Numbered from the whole stretch's first letter, positions 36,725 through 50,119 are shown. The stretch: 53,474 nt of DNA, filler included, from Sphacelaria rigidula (GCA_964200075.2; 5 parts of 5 records of this genome joined end to end with filler, not necessarily neighbours in it), one strand, 5' to 3'. Numbers and translations: made by a program. Notes: generated from the sequence alone by a model not told the origin.

Positions 36725-38022
36725 AATAGTTCAAACTAGTTGACGGTTTCGATATCGATCGTCACAATCTCCGTCACCTCTAGTCGGTTGGATCCCATTT
36801 GGATCTTAATTACCCTAAGCTCACCACGTTCGCCTGGAGTACGGCGTGTACCTACTTGTTTATGCCATTCTTCCCAAGTACCTGTTGTTGCTGTGTACGC
36901 TACCCCCTCTTCAGCCGTTGCCCCATACAGTTACTATCCTCTTTGTCTGTTTTTGGGAAGCTTGGGCACTCGACATTGCATTGGCCTTAAGTGTCAACTT
37001 TCACGTACACCGCCACCTCGAGCGCGAACCTTCCTTCGTAATCACTAGCGCTATCTTAAGCGCTGCGGTTTTAAGGTCTGTCCAAGAGAATCCAGGGGAT
37101 AAGTGAGATGGAAACTCCCGACGTGTAGTCTTCTGAGCCCGCCTGTCGAGCCCCCTCGGTTAGTGTGCCCCCTTTTAGCCAAAGTTTTGGAGGTATACCC
37201 CCTTTGTGTATAATGGCCGTAATTGATTCCCGACGAAAAACGAGATTTTTCGACGGACCAGCTCGTAGCTGAGCGAGCTTCGATGTTTTTGTGGGAATCA
37301 GAATACCACATTTGCCGGCCGCACCTCAGCGGTCTAACAAGTACATCTTTAAACCGGGCAGGGTCGGGTAGGGGGCTCAATTCATAGCAGATACACGTTT
37401 ACAGACTTGTTATTCCAGTAGTATCTGATCCCCGTCATCCGAATCGTGAGGACCTGGGTTGATCGTAACGTTTGGCATGAATGGACGCGGTGCGCGAAGT
37501 TCCAACGCTTGGTACAAAAATGCCAGGCATGTACCAGGGGAAAAGGCGGTTGATGTCTTGATACTACGCGCTCGTTCTAAGAAAGGGAGACCGGGTTAAG
37601 AGAACCATGGTGAGCGAAGCTGTAGGTGGTAAGCCTATGACATGCAATACGTATGATTCCGCCGGCACAACACACACGCATCATTTATTGATTGATTGGT
37701 CGATTGATCGATCGATCTCGGCACGCTGTCTGATCCGCTATGAAACCAGCCGTGGTTGCACGATAGACCTGTTCAATGAATTACACGGGAAATACTCGCT
37801 GGAGGAAACTCGAGGAACGGAGGAGATGAAGGGAAAACAAAGGCAGTAGAATGGACGCGGGGGGGAAATGAATGAGGCAAAGGAGCGTAATGGGACGGGA
37901 ACGAGAGAAAATACAAAAACAAGGAAGTCACCGCGCAATGACCGGGCACCGATCTCTAAAAGAAGAGGAAACGGTAGATCGGTGCCGAGCGGCTTCCAGG
38001 AAAGGCATATTTTCCGTACAAG

Positions 38023-40343
38023 CGGCCCCAACCACTGTTACACGAGTTGTGGCCATTTGCTCACCGGGTTGCTCTCTACTTCTGACTCCAGTCTGGCTCG
38101 CTGTTGGCGATGACGTGCCTACCGGTGGCAGAAGCAAAAGGTTGAGCTGTCGAAGTGGCACAAGTCAGCTTGAAACAACATGTCAAATCGGACTGCCGGC
38201 TTCACGTCACGTGTCTGATGAGCAGAGAAAATACCTGGACGGTGCGTATTCAGACAATCTTAGACGACCGTCGAAATGAAATGATCATGGGGTATATCCA
38301 ATATGCGAATCAGGATATGAAGAGTACATTTAGGTTTTCCCTTTTCCCCATACCGTCTGCGGACGTATGCCACGGGGCGTGTGGAGTGGACTGTCTAATT
38401 TTCGATGCTTCGTTTTTACATCTGCGATCGTAGCACGTGAGCAGATCAGTCTGCCCGAGCGTACACGCTTACACAGATCTTCTACAGACGAAGAAAGCAG
38501 ACACGAACCTATCTGGAACATGGCCATCACACACGGTGTGACACTACTGTACGCCCTGTACGCCGCGTGCTTTGGGTTGCTGATTTCATTCATGTGAAAT
38601 TGAAAGGGGTTATATACTGGTCCACGCCCGAACGTTAGGGGTCAGGTGAATAACAGTGCCTAGGCGAGAGCACATTCTTGTTCTAGAATCGCCAGTGAGA
38701 AGTGTAAAACATGCGTACTTTGGTGCCCAACGGTGCTCGCGCTTATATCGAACACCAATCGACGCCATACGACGGGCAAGAGCGCCATTCCTTCTCAGGA
38801 GTACTTCTTACCGAAGGAGGTATTCATACCACACCGAAAATGATCAGCGTGTAGTCAAATATTTTCTTAGGAACAGAGCAGGAAACGAAACATGATTTAT
38901 CACGGGGCTTTCAGCTAGTGGCTTCACTTTGAGAGTGGCCGCTGAACGTTGTTGCAATCTCTTTACTGCATTCTAGGTACGGTAGGGGTGGGGCACACTT
39001 TGAAGCAGCTGGACTTCACTGCACATGGTTCGACAGTGGAGTTCGAATACAGGTTGCACATGTAGGCATCGTACCCGCATCGTTTCAACCCGGCGAAGTA
39101 CACCCAGTTCCGACCCATCAGCATCCATCATGCCGCAAGAGCACGTGCAGTCCTATAACATCATTTTGCAGGACTTTCTTCGTGAGTGTAGTAACCCAAG
39201 CGGAAAGACTCAACGAAGGCACAGCCCGCAAGGAGAGAAAATGCCGGTTCGTGGTGAACCGTTAAATATTCCCCCGCTCGTCGCCTCCATGTTGCTCAAA
39301 CACATGCTCACAAGAGTACCGTGCAGAGCTTCACAGTCAGCTGTACTGTCGACGTCGAAGTTAAAATCGATATCGCGTGGTTGACGAAAGATTCTAGTAT
39401 GCATGGGGCAGTCTTGTGAAGCATTGCAAGTGGCGGGAGAGAAATTACACGGTACACAGCTTGACTGCAAGCACCTACAACGGCCCTGCCGGTTGGAATG
39501 TCTATTTCTACTCCGAGATAACTGCAACACGTCGCAACCCATCCACGCTCCGCTTTTTCCGATACAACGGCGGCCCTGGCAGAGTAATGTTTTCTATGCA
39601 TAGGACACGGGAAAGAGACCGTAGCTTCAATTGTTCCAGATCCTCTTAATCTAGGCGTCATGGAAAGCTCGTCCGACGGGTGGATTGACAAGACTTTAGG
39701 GTCCGGCCTCCTCGGCCGACTGCTGCGATCAAGCAACAGTACCAGAAGAAAGGATGATGACGCCGACCAGCAGACAAGCACTCCCGTGTTCAAGTATAGA
39801 CTGGGCGAGGAACCCACATCCCCACGGCCCGGCTCTCCTGGTTTCCAAGAAGGCCATTGGGTGAGTGTTCTCCACCACTGTAGTGTAATTTTACTTGATG
39901 TAGCATAGCACACCCCGGTGGCACCATTTCAAACCACCGTCGGCGAGAATCAAATAGTGCGGTAAATTTTCAGACCCCCCATGGTTTCGGCCATCAGCAT
40001 GGGCGGGCAATTGTCGGTCATAATTGCTGCATCAGTCGACGTGAGTTCTCACCCACCGGCGGGACTTCCAGCAACAGCTAGTTTAGCCAATACCTGCCTG
40101 CCCCCGGTGTTGCCAACACCTGCGTTGGGAATTAGACTAAAGAAAGTAGGGCCGTCTGCTTACTCTACAGTACCACATTTGATCTTGGCTTGAAGAGCAA
40201 ATTGCGGTTCATCTCGTTGCGGTTCAGCTTTAAACCAACCGTAATCGTTTCAGCATATCCTTAGGTCACTTACTCTAGAAAAGTGTTGGATATCAACGCA
40301 CTCATTATTTCGATACGGTATCGAACTCTCAGCATCGCCAAAG
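38023..40343 (+). CDS. Candidate multi-exon gene of unknown function (exons about 38023-38241, 38434-38535, 39122-39181, 39655-39860, 40254-40343; possible terminal exon 41687-41794)
   Basis: Seen: AG/GT-bounded open segments with mutually compatible phases, e.g. SIMPQEHVQSYNIILQDFL|gtgagt and VMESSSDGWIDKTLGSGLLGRLLR...QEGHW|gtgagt. No recognisable domain, and some donors are weak. Confidence 0.4.
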
Positions 40344-42587
40344 GTAACTTTCAGACAAGCCGAAGGGCGAGCGTAGCCGAGTCCGCTTCCTGCACGAAGC
40401 CCGAATACCCCCCCCCACACACACACACCCGGCTGCCGAGGGGTTCCCCCGGGACGCGCCACCGGAGGCCGAAAATTGGTTTATTTGGCTTCATTTCACA
40501 CCAAAGGTGGCCTAATCAAGACCTTCAAGCCCACGACAGTAAGCGACGCCAGGTTGTACTTGTGTTAGTAGTACACATAACCACAGAGCTAACAATCAGC
40601 GCTGGCTATTAGCCGTGGTTATGTGCACTACCAAGAGACAAAACTTGTCCGGGTCTGAACAAAGCCAATCGCCGCGAGGGCCTTACCCACTCTGCTCGTA
40701 GAAAGAAGAGAAAATTTAAACAAAAAATGACGAGAATAATCAGAAGCAGATTGAAAAAGAAGCATAATCAGAACTACTCGGAGCAATTCTAGCAGCAGGG
40801 CCATGCGCTTGACAGGAAGAACTGAGCATGTGTTACCATATTTACTTGAACTTTGAGCACAGGTTCGCTAAAATAGGTACATAAATGGCATGGAGGCCCC
40901 CCGGTTACCTACGTATTGAAATAAATTTGCAATTATTGTACGTACAACCTGAATATTGAACTCAAAATTGACCGTTTTAGACACACGACACAAACATAAA
41001 GGCATGAAAAGAAGTGGGCAAAAACGACTCCACATCGCAAACAAAAATCGAACCGGCGAAGACAAAATGAGGCATTATCGGCACATATCAACGAGCAGAA
41101 GTGGGTACATTTTCATCCTAAGTTAGCATGAACAACAAACAGAAATGCCTCATTGCAGCGTAAATTTTCCCGAAACACGGGGCAGAAAGGTCCGAAACGA
41201 AAATCAGGATTGGTGAGAACCTGGAAATCACACCTCACCATCTGTGTCATCAATAACGTCTCACTATTCAGTAAAGCACACGGCATTAATCGTGCCCTTT
41301 CGTATCGTGTCGCATTAATCATCATCGGTATCGCTGTATCGAACTATTTTCGATAAGGTAGCGATATCGATAAATCATTATGATACATCGAAACGTTCGA
41401 CACGTAAATTCATTGCAGTACCGTTCGCAGATGCGCCTACTATAAACACACTAACAAAAACTCCATAGGTGTCTTGCAGCTAAGCTAACCAGTAACACTT
41501 TCACGTTGCACTATATTATCCCAGTTCGCAAGTGAGCTTGGCTTGAGGAAATCAAGAGAGGTCGGCACCCCTCTGTCTCCCTCTGTCTCCCTCTCTCTCT
41601 CGCAGAGAATGCTACTCTTCCAATGTATCTCTCCCAATATATCTCTCCTAATGTACTCTCCTACGGATACTGCTCTCCTCTCTAAGGAATTTTCTGCGTT
41701 CTCAAGAAGGAAAGACTGCATGTTTGATGCTCTTTTTTCCAAATCTTCGAGGGCGAAACCATCCGACTTCTCCTCCCTTGCTGCACGATGCTAGCGGACC
41801 TTGCCGTCACCGCACATCCTCCGCGAATCTGTCTAGTCGACAACAACACATCACACTGTCTTCCAACAATATGTTGCTGGTACAGGCTTTTTGGTGGTGT
41901 AGCTACCGTTCCCGACGATGTGCTCGTCTGCTCCCGCCCGTATTGGCCACATTTAGCGGATGTGGGTGACACTCTTGTGGTGTCGTCGACACCCTTAGGC
42001 AGTGTTACAGCACTGGTGGCGGTATGGCTCCTTAACCCCGACCCTATACATTCTCTAACTCAAGCCCTATCCCTCAGCCCTGAGCCTGCACTAGCCTCTA
42101 TATGACCGGTACTTTCCGATTCTGGGCACCAGAATCTGCACTGTGCGCTGAGGTATTCGAGATGGTGGCGGTTTCACCGCCGGCACCTTCCAAAGGGTTA
42201 GCGACACCTACGCCCTACCGGCCACGCCAAGGAAGTATTGACCACGCCTGGGAAATGTGAGCACAAATGCATAACTTGTCAACGATAGTTGACAATGCAT
42301 CTATGGGCAGCAGTATTATAGACGGCATTTGACGGGACGTCCCACACCTTCCAACCATTGGCGACACCGATGGAGATATCCACCATCGTCCAGTCCCTGG
42401 CAACTACGCTGAGAAAATGTGGGCAAGAGTGTCCGGGGTATTTTCTATTTTGTCGAGGTGTCGCCGGCAGTGTGACAAGTGTCTCCAGCGATGGCAGCGA
42501 CGCGTCTAAACTGTTGCCCACAGTTGCCGCAGGTATCGCCCAGTTTATTCACTCGTTGATGGCCCTTGCGCAAATTGTGGGCGACAT

Positions 42588-42690
42588 GCCGCGCCCCGGT
42601 GGTGTAATGGTCCGACTGTCGCCATTAGGGTGGAGAGAACGGGGGTTTGATTCCTGATGCGTCGGGCTTTTTTCTTCGTCACGTGTGATT
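42588..42690 (+). mobile_element. tRNA-derived SINE-like head, copy 1
   Basis: Seen: A-box TGGTGTAATGG, B-box-like GGTTTGATTCC, then a T-run; the acceptor stem is imperfect. Homologous to 42864-42967 (-). Confidence 0.7.
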
Positions 42691-42760
42691 CCCACCGTGG
42701 AAAGCGTGAGAACGTGAGTAAACAAAGTAGTCGACTGGGTTTGTGTGACGTGAGTTGACG

Positions 42761-42860
42761 NNNNNNNNNNNNNNNNNNNNNNNNNNNNNNNNNNNNNNNN
42801 NNNNTTAATTAATTAANNNNNNNNNNNNNNNNNNNNNNNNNNNNNNNNNNNNNNNNNNNN
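42761..42860. other. Artificial contig linker
   Basis: Seen: N44-TTAATTAATTAA-N44. Confidence 0.97.
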
Positions 42861-42863
42861 TGA

Positions 42864-42967
42864 AAATCATACACTACGAAGAAAAAAAAACGCATCGGGA
42901 ATCGAACCCCCGTTTTCTCCACCCTAGTGGCGACAATCGGACCATTAAACCGTCGAGGAGCGGCGGC
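42864..42967 (-). mobile_element. tRNA-derived SINE-like head, copy 2
   Basis: Seen (reverse complement): CGGTTTAATGGTCCGATTGTCGCCACTAGGGTGGAGAAAACGGGGGTTCGATTCCCGATGCG followed by T9, with a canonical B-box GGTTCGATTCC. Confidence 0.75.
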
Positions 42968-42972
42968 CTAGA

Positions 42973-43069
42973 CTGGTCCGGTGAAAACCCGGCGTGCTCT
43001 GGCCCGGCTTTGTTGGGATGCGAGGTCAATGGTCACATGACTATGGCATGCAAGATCATGAGTACACCC
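42973..43069 (+). repeat. Dispersed repeat family B copy abutting the tRNA-like head
   Basis: Seen: matches 10717-10789 and 11151-11250. Confidence 0.8.
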
Positions 43070-43859
43070 ACCCACCCCTACAACAAGAACGATATAAACT
43101 TGTCTTTCTAGTATCGGCGGAGGACCTGATAGCCACAGACAGGAGCAATCAAAGCCGCGGTGAACGTTGTTAACTGCCGGGGGTTTCCGGCGCTTATTTC
43201 ATTTTGAGCTGTCGAAGGAGCAATGAGAGGTCGTCAAGCAACCATTTGTGCGCAACATGAACTCGAAAACACCGCTGCCGCAGCACTCAGCACAGCACAC
43301 CAATCACAGTTATGGGTATGAGTGGGGGGCCCTCACGACCAAAAATCGACACAAGATTTGAAATAAAAGATAACGCGGAGGAATAATGAACACGTCAGTA
43401 GGTGGTCGGACCTGTGCCGAGGCCCTCGACAACAGAGTACTTGCTTCATCACTTTTTAACTTTATTTAGTGAAAGAAAGTTGTAGCACTGGATATCACTT
43501 GGTTCTCGAGACAGGAAGCAAGCCGGCCCACGACACTTGACAGCCCCCCGCATACACACAATAACAAGGGGACCTAGTTTGATATTTTGGTGGTGTCGCC
43601 TCAGCGGCCCGGAAATTCCTCCCCAGAGCGGAAAACACCATATTTTAGTATATTTGGGTCATTTGCGAGTCAGTATCACGCGCGAACGCGAAAAACAAAC
43701 TAGGCGACATAGCCTGAGTGTGCGTGAAGCGCACGCAATAAACCGCAGTCCAATCCCCCGCTTCGTTGCCGAGATATAAGCGTTGCGCGATCGGCACTTT
43801 TGGGTTGAGGATCAGTAGCGTCTTTCGAGGTCGAAGATGGCGAATTCAAAAAATCGGTG

Positions 43860-44445
43860 GGCATATTTTTTTCCTGCAGCAAGCAAGTTGTGACGGCATG
43901 TAGTTTGGTTGCGTGCCACCAGCCACCAGGCGCTGCTTTGTTCTGTGCGGCTGTGCACAAATCGCCTTTTAACGGCGAGTATCCTTTCGAGCGCCGGAAT
44001 GCAGAGGGAGACTTTACAGAAAAAAGACAAAGCTGGCGGCTGCTTCGTATCGAGGCTCCAGTGCAGAAGCCAAGGCGTCGAGAGCGATTTTGACATGTAC
44101 ACTGCCTTACATCTGCTGGCGACTGCGGTCATGTATTTAGTAACTGTCTGTATACTATAAATAGTGTCTGAATGAGACGCAAAAAGTGCAACGTTCGACA
44201 AGCTTCGTTTTGGTCTGCCTGTTTTTTTTTCTTGCGGCGGGCAGTGTGTGACGGCATTTCACTTTGCGGCATGCCATCAGGTGCTGCTTCGCTCTGTCCG
44301 ACTGTGCACAAAGGGCAGATTCGCCTTTCAACAGCGAGCACTTTTCATGTATTGAGTTCCAGAGGGCGAGGTCACGTATGAACTTCGGCTATTGTGTCTG
44401 ACGGTTCCAGCGGAGAAGCCAAGGCACGGAGAGTGATTTTGATTT
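43860..44445. repeat. Diverged direct duplication with a period of about 350 bp
   Basis: Seen: TGTGACGGCAT, CAGGYGCTGCTT, CTGTGCACAAA, TCGCCTTT and GAAGCCAAGGC..GAGAGYGATTTTGA each recur about 350 nt apart. Confidence 0.7.
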
Positions 44446-46948
44446 CAGAGTGCGCACTATGTATGCCCAGGTCGGCAGAGCCGTGATGTTTCAAGTGACT
44501 GCCTGTACATACTGAAGACAGGGGAAATTTGACGTTGAAGATGTTGATCTGACAGAGTGAAGCAGACCGTGCCCAAGCGAGTGACAGGATGGAATTCCTC
44601 TCTCATGCCATGGCCCTGACCCCATGATGCCCATGACAAGTTCACTCTCCAATCCCGCAGTCATAGCCGTGTGTAGGACAAGCAGCGCGGAATCAATCCG
44701 CACAGCTGAACCTCCTGATCGTCAACGTCATCAACATTGTTCTCAACAGTTTTCGCATGCGCGACGTTACTGTTCATGATCCCCAAATTTCGGTACTTTC
44801 TCGTTTTAGCACCCTGTCAGGCACGCCTTTCACTGCAGTTACGTTGGTGCATGGCGGTCACAACAGCTGCTGTTCGTATTCCCGTCTTGCTATATTCGTA
44901 ATGACGGTAAACGTGGGGTGGCAGCTCGGGGGCGTGTGCTTCCCGAGTGGTACAGACAAAAGCAGGACACTAGCTAGAGCAACAAGATTGTCCATCTGCT
45001 GATATGGAGCGAGCTTTCCGGAGGAACAACATCACCTCAGTACCGACCACTCCCAGGCTTGAATAAATGTACTGGAAGTATAGGAAGTACTTGATTTTAT
45101 ATGAGCCAGATCGTTATTCGTAGGTGAGGTGTGTATTTTCTGTTGATATGATTCGTTAGATTACGGGCCACTTTCGACGCATACAGCGTTCAGCTTGCAC
45201 TTTCCAGGGATATATTACCCAAAATCGGCCCACATTTTTACGCATAACAGTATGTCCGAAACGTAACAGCCGCCCTTTGCGGCCGAGGGGCAGCTGTGCT
45301 GTCTCTAGTAAAATTGTCGCCGATGAGGATCGCCGTAGCTCCCGGAAAATGTCATGGATCCCGGCCGAAACAAAGTATAGGTGTAGGTAACAGAGGACTA
45401 GGCCCGAGGCTCTTGCGTGTAAGCTGGAACCCTGTTACGTGTTGCTGTAATAGGTTGCGCAGGAACATAGTGGGACCGAAATCGCCTCACGTTTAGTTCA
45501 TCCGAACTCCAAAATGAGTACCAAAATTTGGGATGCTGTCCGTGCCACCCTCAAGAGACGCAGCCTCTTCCGTTGATCTGACCCTTCACCCGACACAAAT
45601 CCAGAATGAGGCAAGCCTTCACATGCCTTCTTAGCTGTTGGAAGTAATCCGTTCCAGCAATGCCAGCCTCTATCGAACAGTGTTCATGGCTAGGTAGTTA
45701 TCGAGTTTTGAACCAATGAGCAGGCGTTTTCTGTCGCGCATTACTGTTCCTTTCTAGACTCTTCACAGCTCCACCTCTTGGAAAAACAAAAACTTGTGCG
45801 CCCATCACGTGCAGAACTGACACGTGTATGCGTGTTTTTCTCCCTGAAAAAAGATATTCCAACATGATGTTTTCATTACATTCGTTCGCATGGTGATGAC
45901 AAGGGATCCAAACTCATGAGGTTAACGGAGAAGAAGGCGTATCCGTACGTGAATGCGTTGCTCGTGTATTCCTCAATTTCCGTTGGTTCATTGTGCGATA
46001 TTTTGCCGCAAAGTGTCTTCAAACGTGATGCGCAACACAACCAACGACCAACATGTATCCGTCCCAGCCAGGAACACGGTGCAGTGGTGGTGGGCTCGTG
46101 TTCGGGTGAACGCTTTCAGCTCGTCACAACTTCCCCCCGCCATATTGCGGACCCCTGGCAACGCAAGGCATTTTCGATTATATACACGTCATCCATGATG
46201 TCCCGCTTCACCCTCGCAAGCTCAAGTTGGCATAGACGAGCGCCCGTAACAGCACAAAGACAAACTGCAACAACTTTTCGAGTGTACACGACCCCATAGG
46301 CACTATTTCCCGCGGAATTTTACCCGAGGTCCATGCGCCGCAAAACTGGCGTGCAGTGACAATTCGGGGGGGGCGGGGGGAACTCTGTGCTTTCGCATTG
46401 GTCGTTGCTGTTGACGCTTCTTCTTCGAATTTCTCCCCAGTTTCAGCGAAGCACGTGCTGGTCGTTGCTGTTGGCGCTCTCGTGATCTGTTCGTAGCATC
46501 TAGTACCACGTAAGATTCTTGTTTCTTCATTTCTCCCCAGTTTCGGCGAAGGATGTGCTGGTAGGGTGTGCCCCCCTGTGGCAATCATATGCCGGCTGTT
46601 TCACAGCTGTTTTCTTCACCCCTTTTTCCCGGAGTTCCGTGTATTCGCCTGTATTCGGACCACCACTATACCCTTGGTATACGCATATTCGGGGGGGAAA
46701 AAACGAGAAAATGCTATCTTCGTCTTCGTCAAACGTGTGCGTAGTACGAGCTCAAGGGTGCATCCGTGCTACACGTTCGGATAAGTAGTTTAAACTACGC
46801 TGGATGAGGTAGGTTCCGCTTACTCTGAAACCCTCACAATCCCCGTCTGTAAGACGATACCATCAAGAAGAAAAAAATCGACTTAACGGTCGACGAGGGA
46901 AAAGGAACTGCTGAAACCCTCTCGCGACAAAAAATCAAAAGGCAAGCA

Positions 46949-47098
46949 CCGCAGAAGGAGGGTGGAGTACTAAAAACAAATAAAGAAGGAAAAACCCCTG
47001 TGTTGACCTTCCTCCTGTGTGATCCCGGCTGATGCGCCCACATATCCCGAAAGGGGTAGACTGGCGCCCAGAATAAATGGGACGACAACACACAACAC
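46949..47098. repeat. Dispersed repeat family C, copy 2
   Basis: Seen: collinear with 8021-8172. Confidence 0.75.
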
Positions 47099-48781
47099 AC
47101 ATACACCATCATCCGCACTCGCGCTGAGCGCTGAACCCCATATTGAACCGGCAACCCGCTCAACGCGGAAACTCGCGGTAAGGCGGGGCTACATGAAGGG
47201 GGGGTTTGTAGCTGGTCACCTTGCCATCGTAAGAGGTATCCACTACTGCTGTACCGGAGTTATTCCGCTTCACGTCAACCATGAATACGCTGTCTGCAGA
47301 TTCGCTACCCTTGACCATTTGAATTGATCAAGTCCACGTCATAGGCGGAGAAACAAAATACATTTGGTTCGCGCTGCGCAGACTTTTTGGAAAATGTGTG
47401 TCTTATCATGTACTGAACTGACTGCTGTGTGCTTGATTCGTGCACTGCGCTGGGGAGAGTCGGGATGACGTTTACATGTACAACAGTACCATGCAGCACG
47501 AATGACAAAACAGCCTAGTAGTACGAATATGTAAGGAATCACACTTCTTGTTAGAATCGTTATTAATATATCGTATTCATGCGTGTGATGCACGAGGATA
47601 AATGATAATTTGATTCCGCTGACGTTTCGAGTATTTCGCGCCGAAAGTGGAGGGAAAACCGAACATCATGCATTGGCAGTAAGTACCCCAACAAGACTAT
47701 CGTAATATTTTGTCCGCATAGAATGAGGGTAGCTCGGGCGATGCAAAGTGTGCTGGCTAGAAAGCGAATGAAGAACAGGTGGCTGTATACAGCTTTCAAC
47801 ACTAAGCTATAGCTATCATGTGCAGGTCCAATAGCTCGATCTTGTTCTGTTCCTTTGGTGTGACAATGAGTGCTAGCGGCCCCGCACTTGCACAAAACGA
47901 AGACCAGTACAAACCGCTGGAGTTGTCTGCTTTCTTCACTGTCCTGTACTGTGGTATTCCTCGTCTTCACTGCATCATTTTTTTTTTTAATTTTCAGTCC
48001 TTGGGTACGTCGTACGAAAGAGCAACGTCGACGACTACCACAGTAGGCATTTGCGTGTAATAGAAGCTGCGCCCTCCAGCTATGAGAGGCGTGCCCACGA
48101 GAGCAGCGAATATTCACGTCATACTTCACACCTCCTGACATGGCTCGTGAAATTTGTGATGCACCTTTGATTCTTGGAAACATATTTGTTCTCTCGATTT
48201 TGTCGAGCATTTTGGGCGCAAGAGACGAGGCCGCTGTGCTCTACAACGTGACGGGAGATAACACCCCCAAAGTATGGGGTGTACCCATTATATTCTTCTT
48301 CTTGGAACAAGAGCACCATCTCTCCTGTCAGGACTGCGGACGCTCGTTGCCATCCTGCACTACACCACAGCAGCTGACCATAAATAATATATTCCGGAGT
48401 ATATTTCAATTCTAGCATAGTTCATCAAGAAGATCGCAGTAATTCCTCCGATTTCCGAATGGTTCACTCGTATCTGGGATACTGTCAGCTGTACTCTTGA
48501 GAGGATTGTTGCTGTCGTGGTGTGTTGGAAGGTACAATGGCGACAAATACGAAAAACATATTTTTCAAAGGAGCTTAGCACGGAGGAGCACGATGGCGGT
48601 CGACAACTGCGCCGAGAAGGCTGTGCTTACCGGAGGACCTTGCGCACAGCGATTCAACGGTCCTCCGCTCCAAGGAATCAAAGGGCAAACTGTCCGACAC
48701 TACTGTAATGGTACATTACCGTCGCATTGTGCTGTGATGAAGACCTCCGTTTCTCAGCCGTTCCTTCCTTTATGTACTTAC

Positions 48782-48863
48782 ATTTGACCTTCCCAAAGGC
48801 ACCGATCCCCAGAGTCTTGCTGAGCCGGTACCGGCCGATCACCACAGGGACGTTCTCCATCAT
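48782..48863 (-). CDS. First coding exon of an SNF1/SnRK1/AMPK-alpha-like Ser/Thr kinase
   Basis: Seen: MMENVPVVIGRYRLSKTLGIGAFGKVK|gtaagt. The IG.Y.L.KTLG.G.FGKVK glycine-rich loop is characteristic of SNF1/AMPK catalytic subunits. An acceptor lies just upstream at 48921-48922. Confidence 0.85.
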
Positions 48864-50119
48864 TGACCAAGCACCCTTAGACACTATCCAGCGGCGGCTT
48901 ACTCCTCTCAAAGCACGAAGCTGGTGAAGAGATGTGACCGCGTCTGATAAGTTTCCTGAAATTTGAGAAGCGCAAATACAACATAGCTTTGTGACTGAAC
49001 AGAAGGGACGTGCTGAGCGGCAGGGGGGCGTATGTCGTGTGTCGTGGTGTCGTAATGGAATGTACATACATTGACGGTTACACATGGTGCGAGGAGGAAC
49101 AAAAGAAAATGGTGCACCATTTCATAGAGAAGACAGGTACACTGGTATCTGGTGTAGGTTCGACATGTTTGAGCACCGACCTGTGGGTTAATCAAAGATC
49201 TTGTTGGCCGTACGCTGTGACAGTCATCTGCAAGCTGGCGTTACTCACGCTCATGTTCACTACGTCGCCAGGTTAGATGATGCTGCATCACAACTCAATC
49301 ACATACGACTGCCTATGTGCAAGCTGGTCTGCAGGACAAGGCGAACGCTTGGGGGGTATGGCATGCAGGGCAGGCCCACGCAAAGCCCGCGGAAGTGTAT
49401 AGGCACAAGGTGAACAACACAAATTCGAAAGAGCAACTGAGCCACTTGCCTTCGTTTCACCGCTGAAACCCTGCATTCACCCCCCTTAGGTGCCGTAGAA
49501 GTCTCGCTGCTGCAGTTTTTTTATGTGTAGCCCTGCACATTTTTTGTTGCACCAAGAAGCTGGATAACGACTTTTTTTTGCCCCGTGACGTCGGATAAGA
49601 CCCCCTTAACATTTTGTTCGAACCCGGCTTTTTCCAGGAAACAATACTTTGAACTTTTATTGGACTCCGCTCCTCGGAAATAATGATCAATGAAAAGCTC
49701 TAAGAGAAAATTGACGGCGTGCTCAGGTTTTTCTCGAGAAATCGATCTGAAAAAAGTATTTTACGGGGGTGTTATGTTCCGTCCCTACTATCCATTTGCC
49801 GTTCCGTTTCGACCACTTGGTGTATGATGTCATCATTTCCCCTGCTACAGGGTATCTACATTATATTATAGCGCGTGGCACACGACACCCCAGCGCTACA
49901 ACAGGACGGTTCTTACACTACTACTGTACCGTCCGTGAAGACAGCTTTTCGCAGCACCACGGACAAGCATAGTCTGAACAACGAGAACTCTACAGACCTT
50001 AGCGGCATTTACCGAGGCATTCGGAGACCTCCAGCTCAATACGTCCGTTCCCTTGGGGAGCCAGTGAGGGCAGGAAAGCGAGGTTAACTTGAACAGGTGT
50101 TACGTCATTTTCTGGAATC

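Noticed and set aside
42588-42667. Functional tRNA gene
   Set aside because: The acceptor and anticodon stems are imperfect, the B-box is mutated in this copy, and the shared flanks indicate a repeat family.
42588-42967. Large inverted repeat or hairpin formed by the two tRNA-like heads
   Set aside because: The arms lie on different contigs separated by a linker.
48120-48480. Further kinase exons (AIFLMNYA; KMLDKIERTNM)
   Set aside because: The resemblance is faint, the order is wrong, the VAxK lysine is absent, and the phases do not fit.
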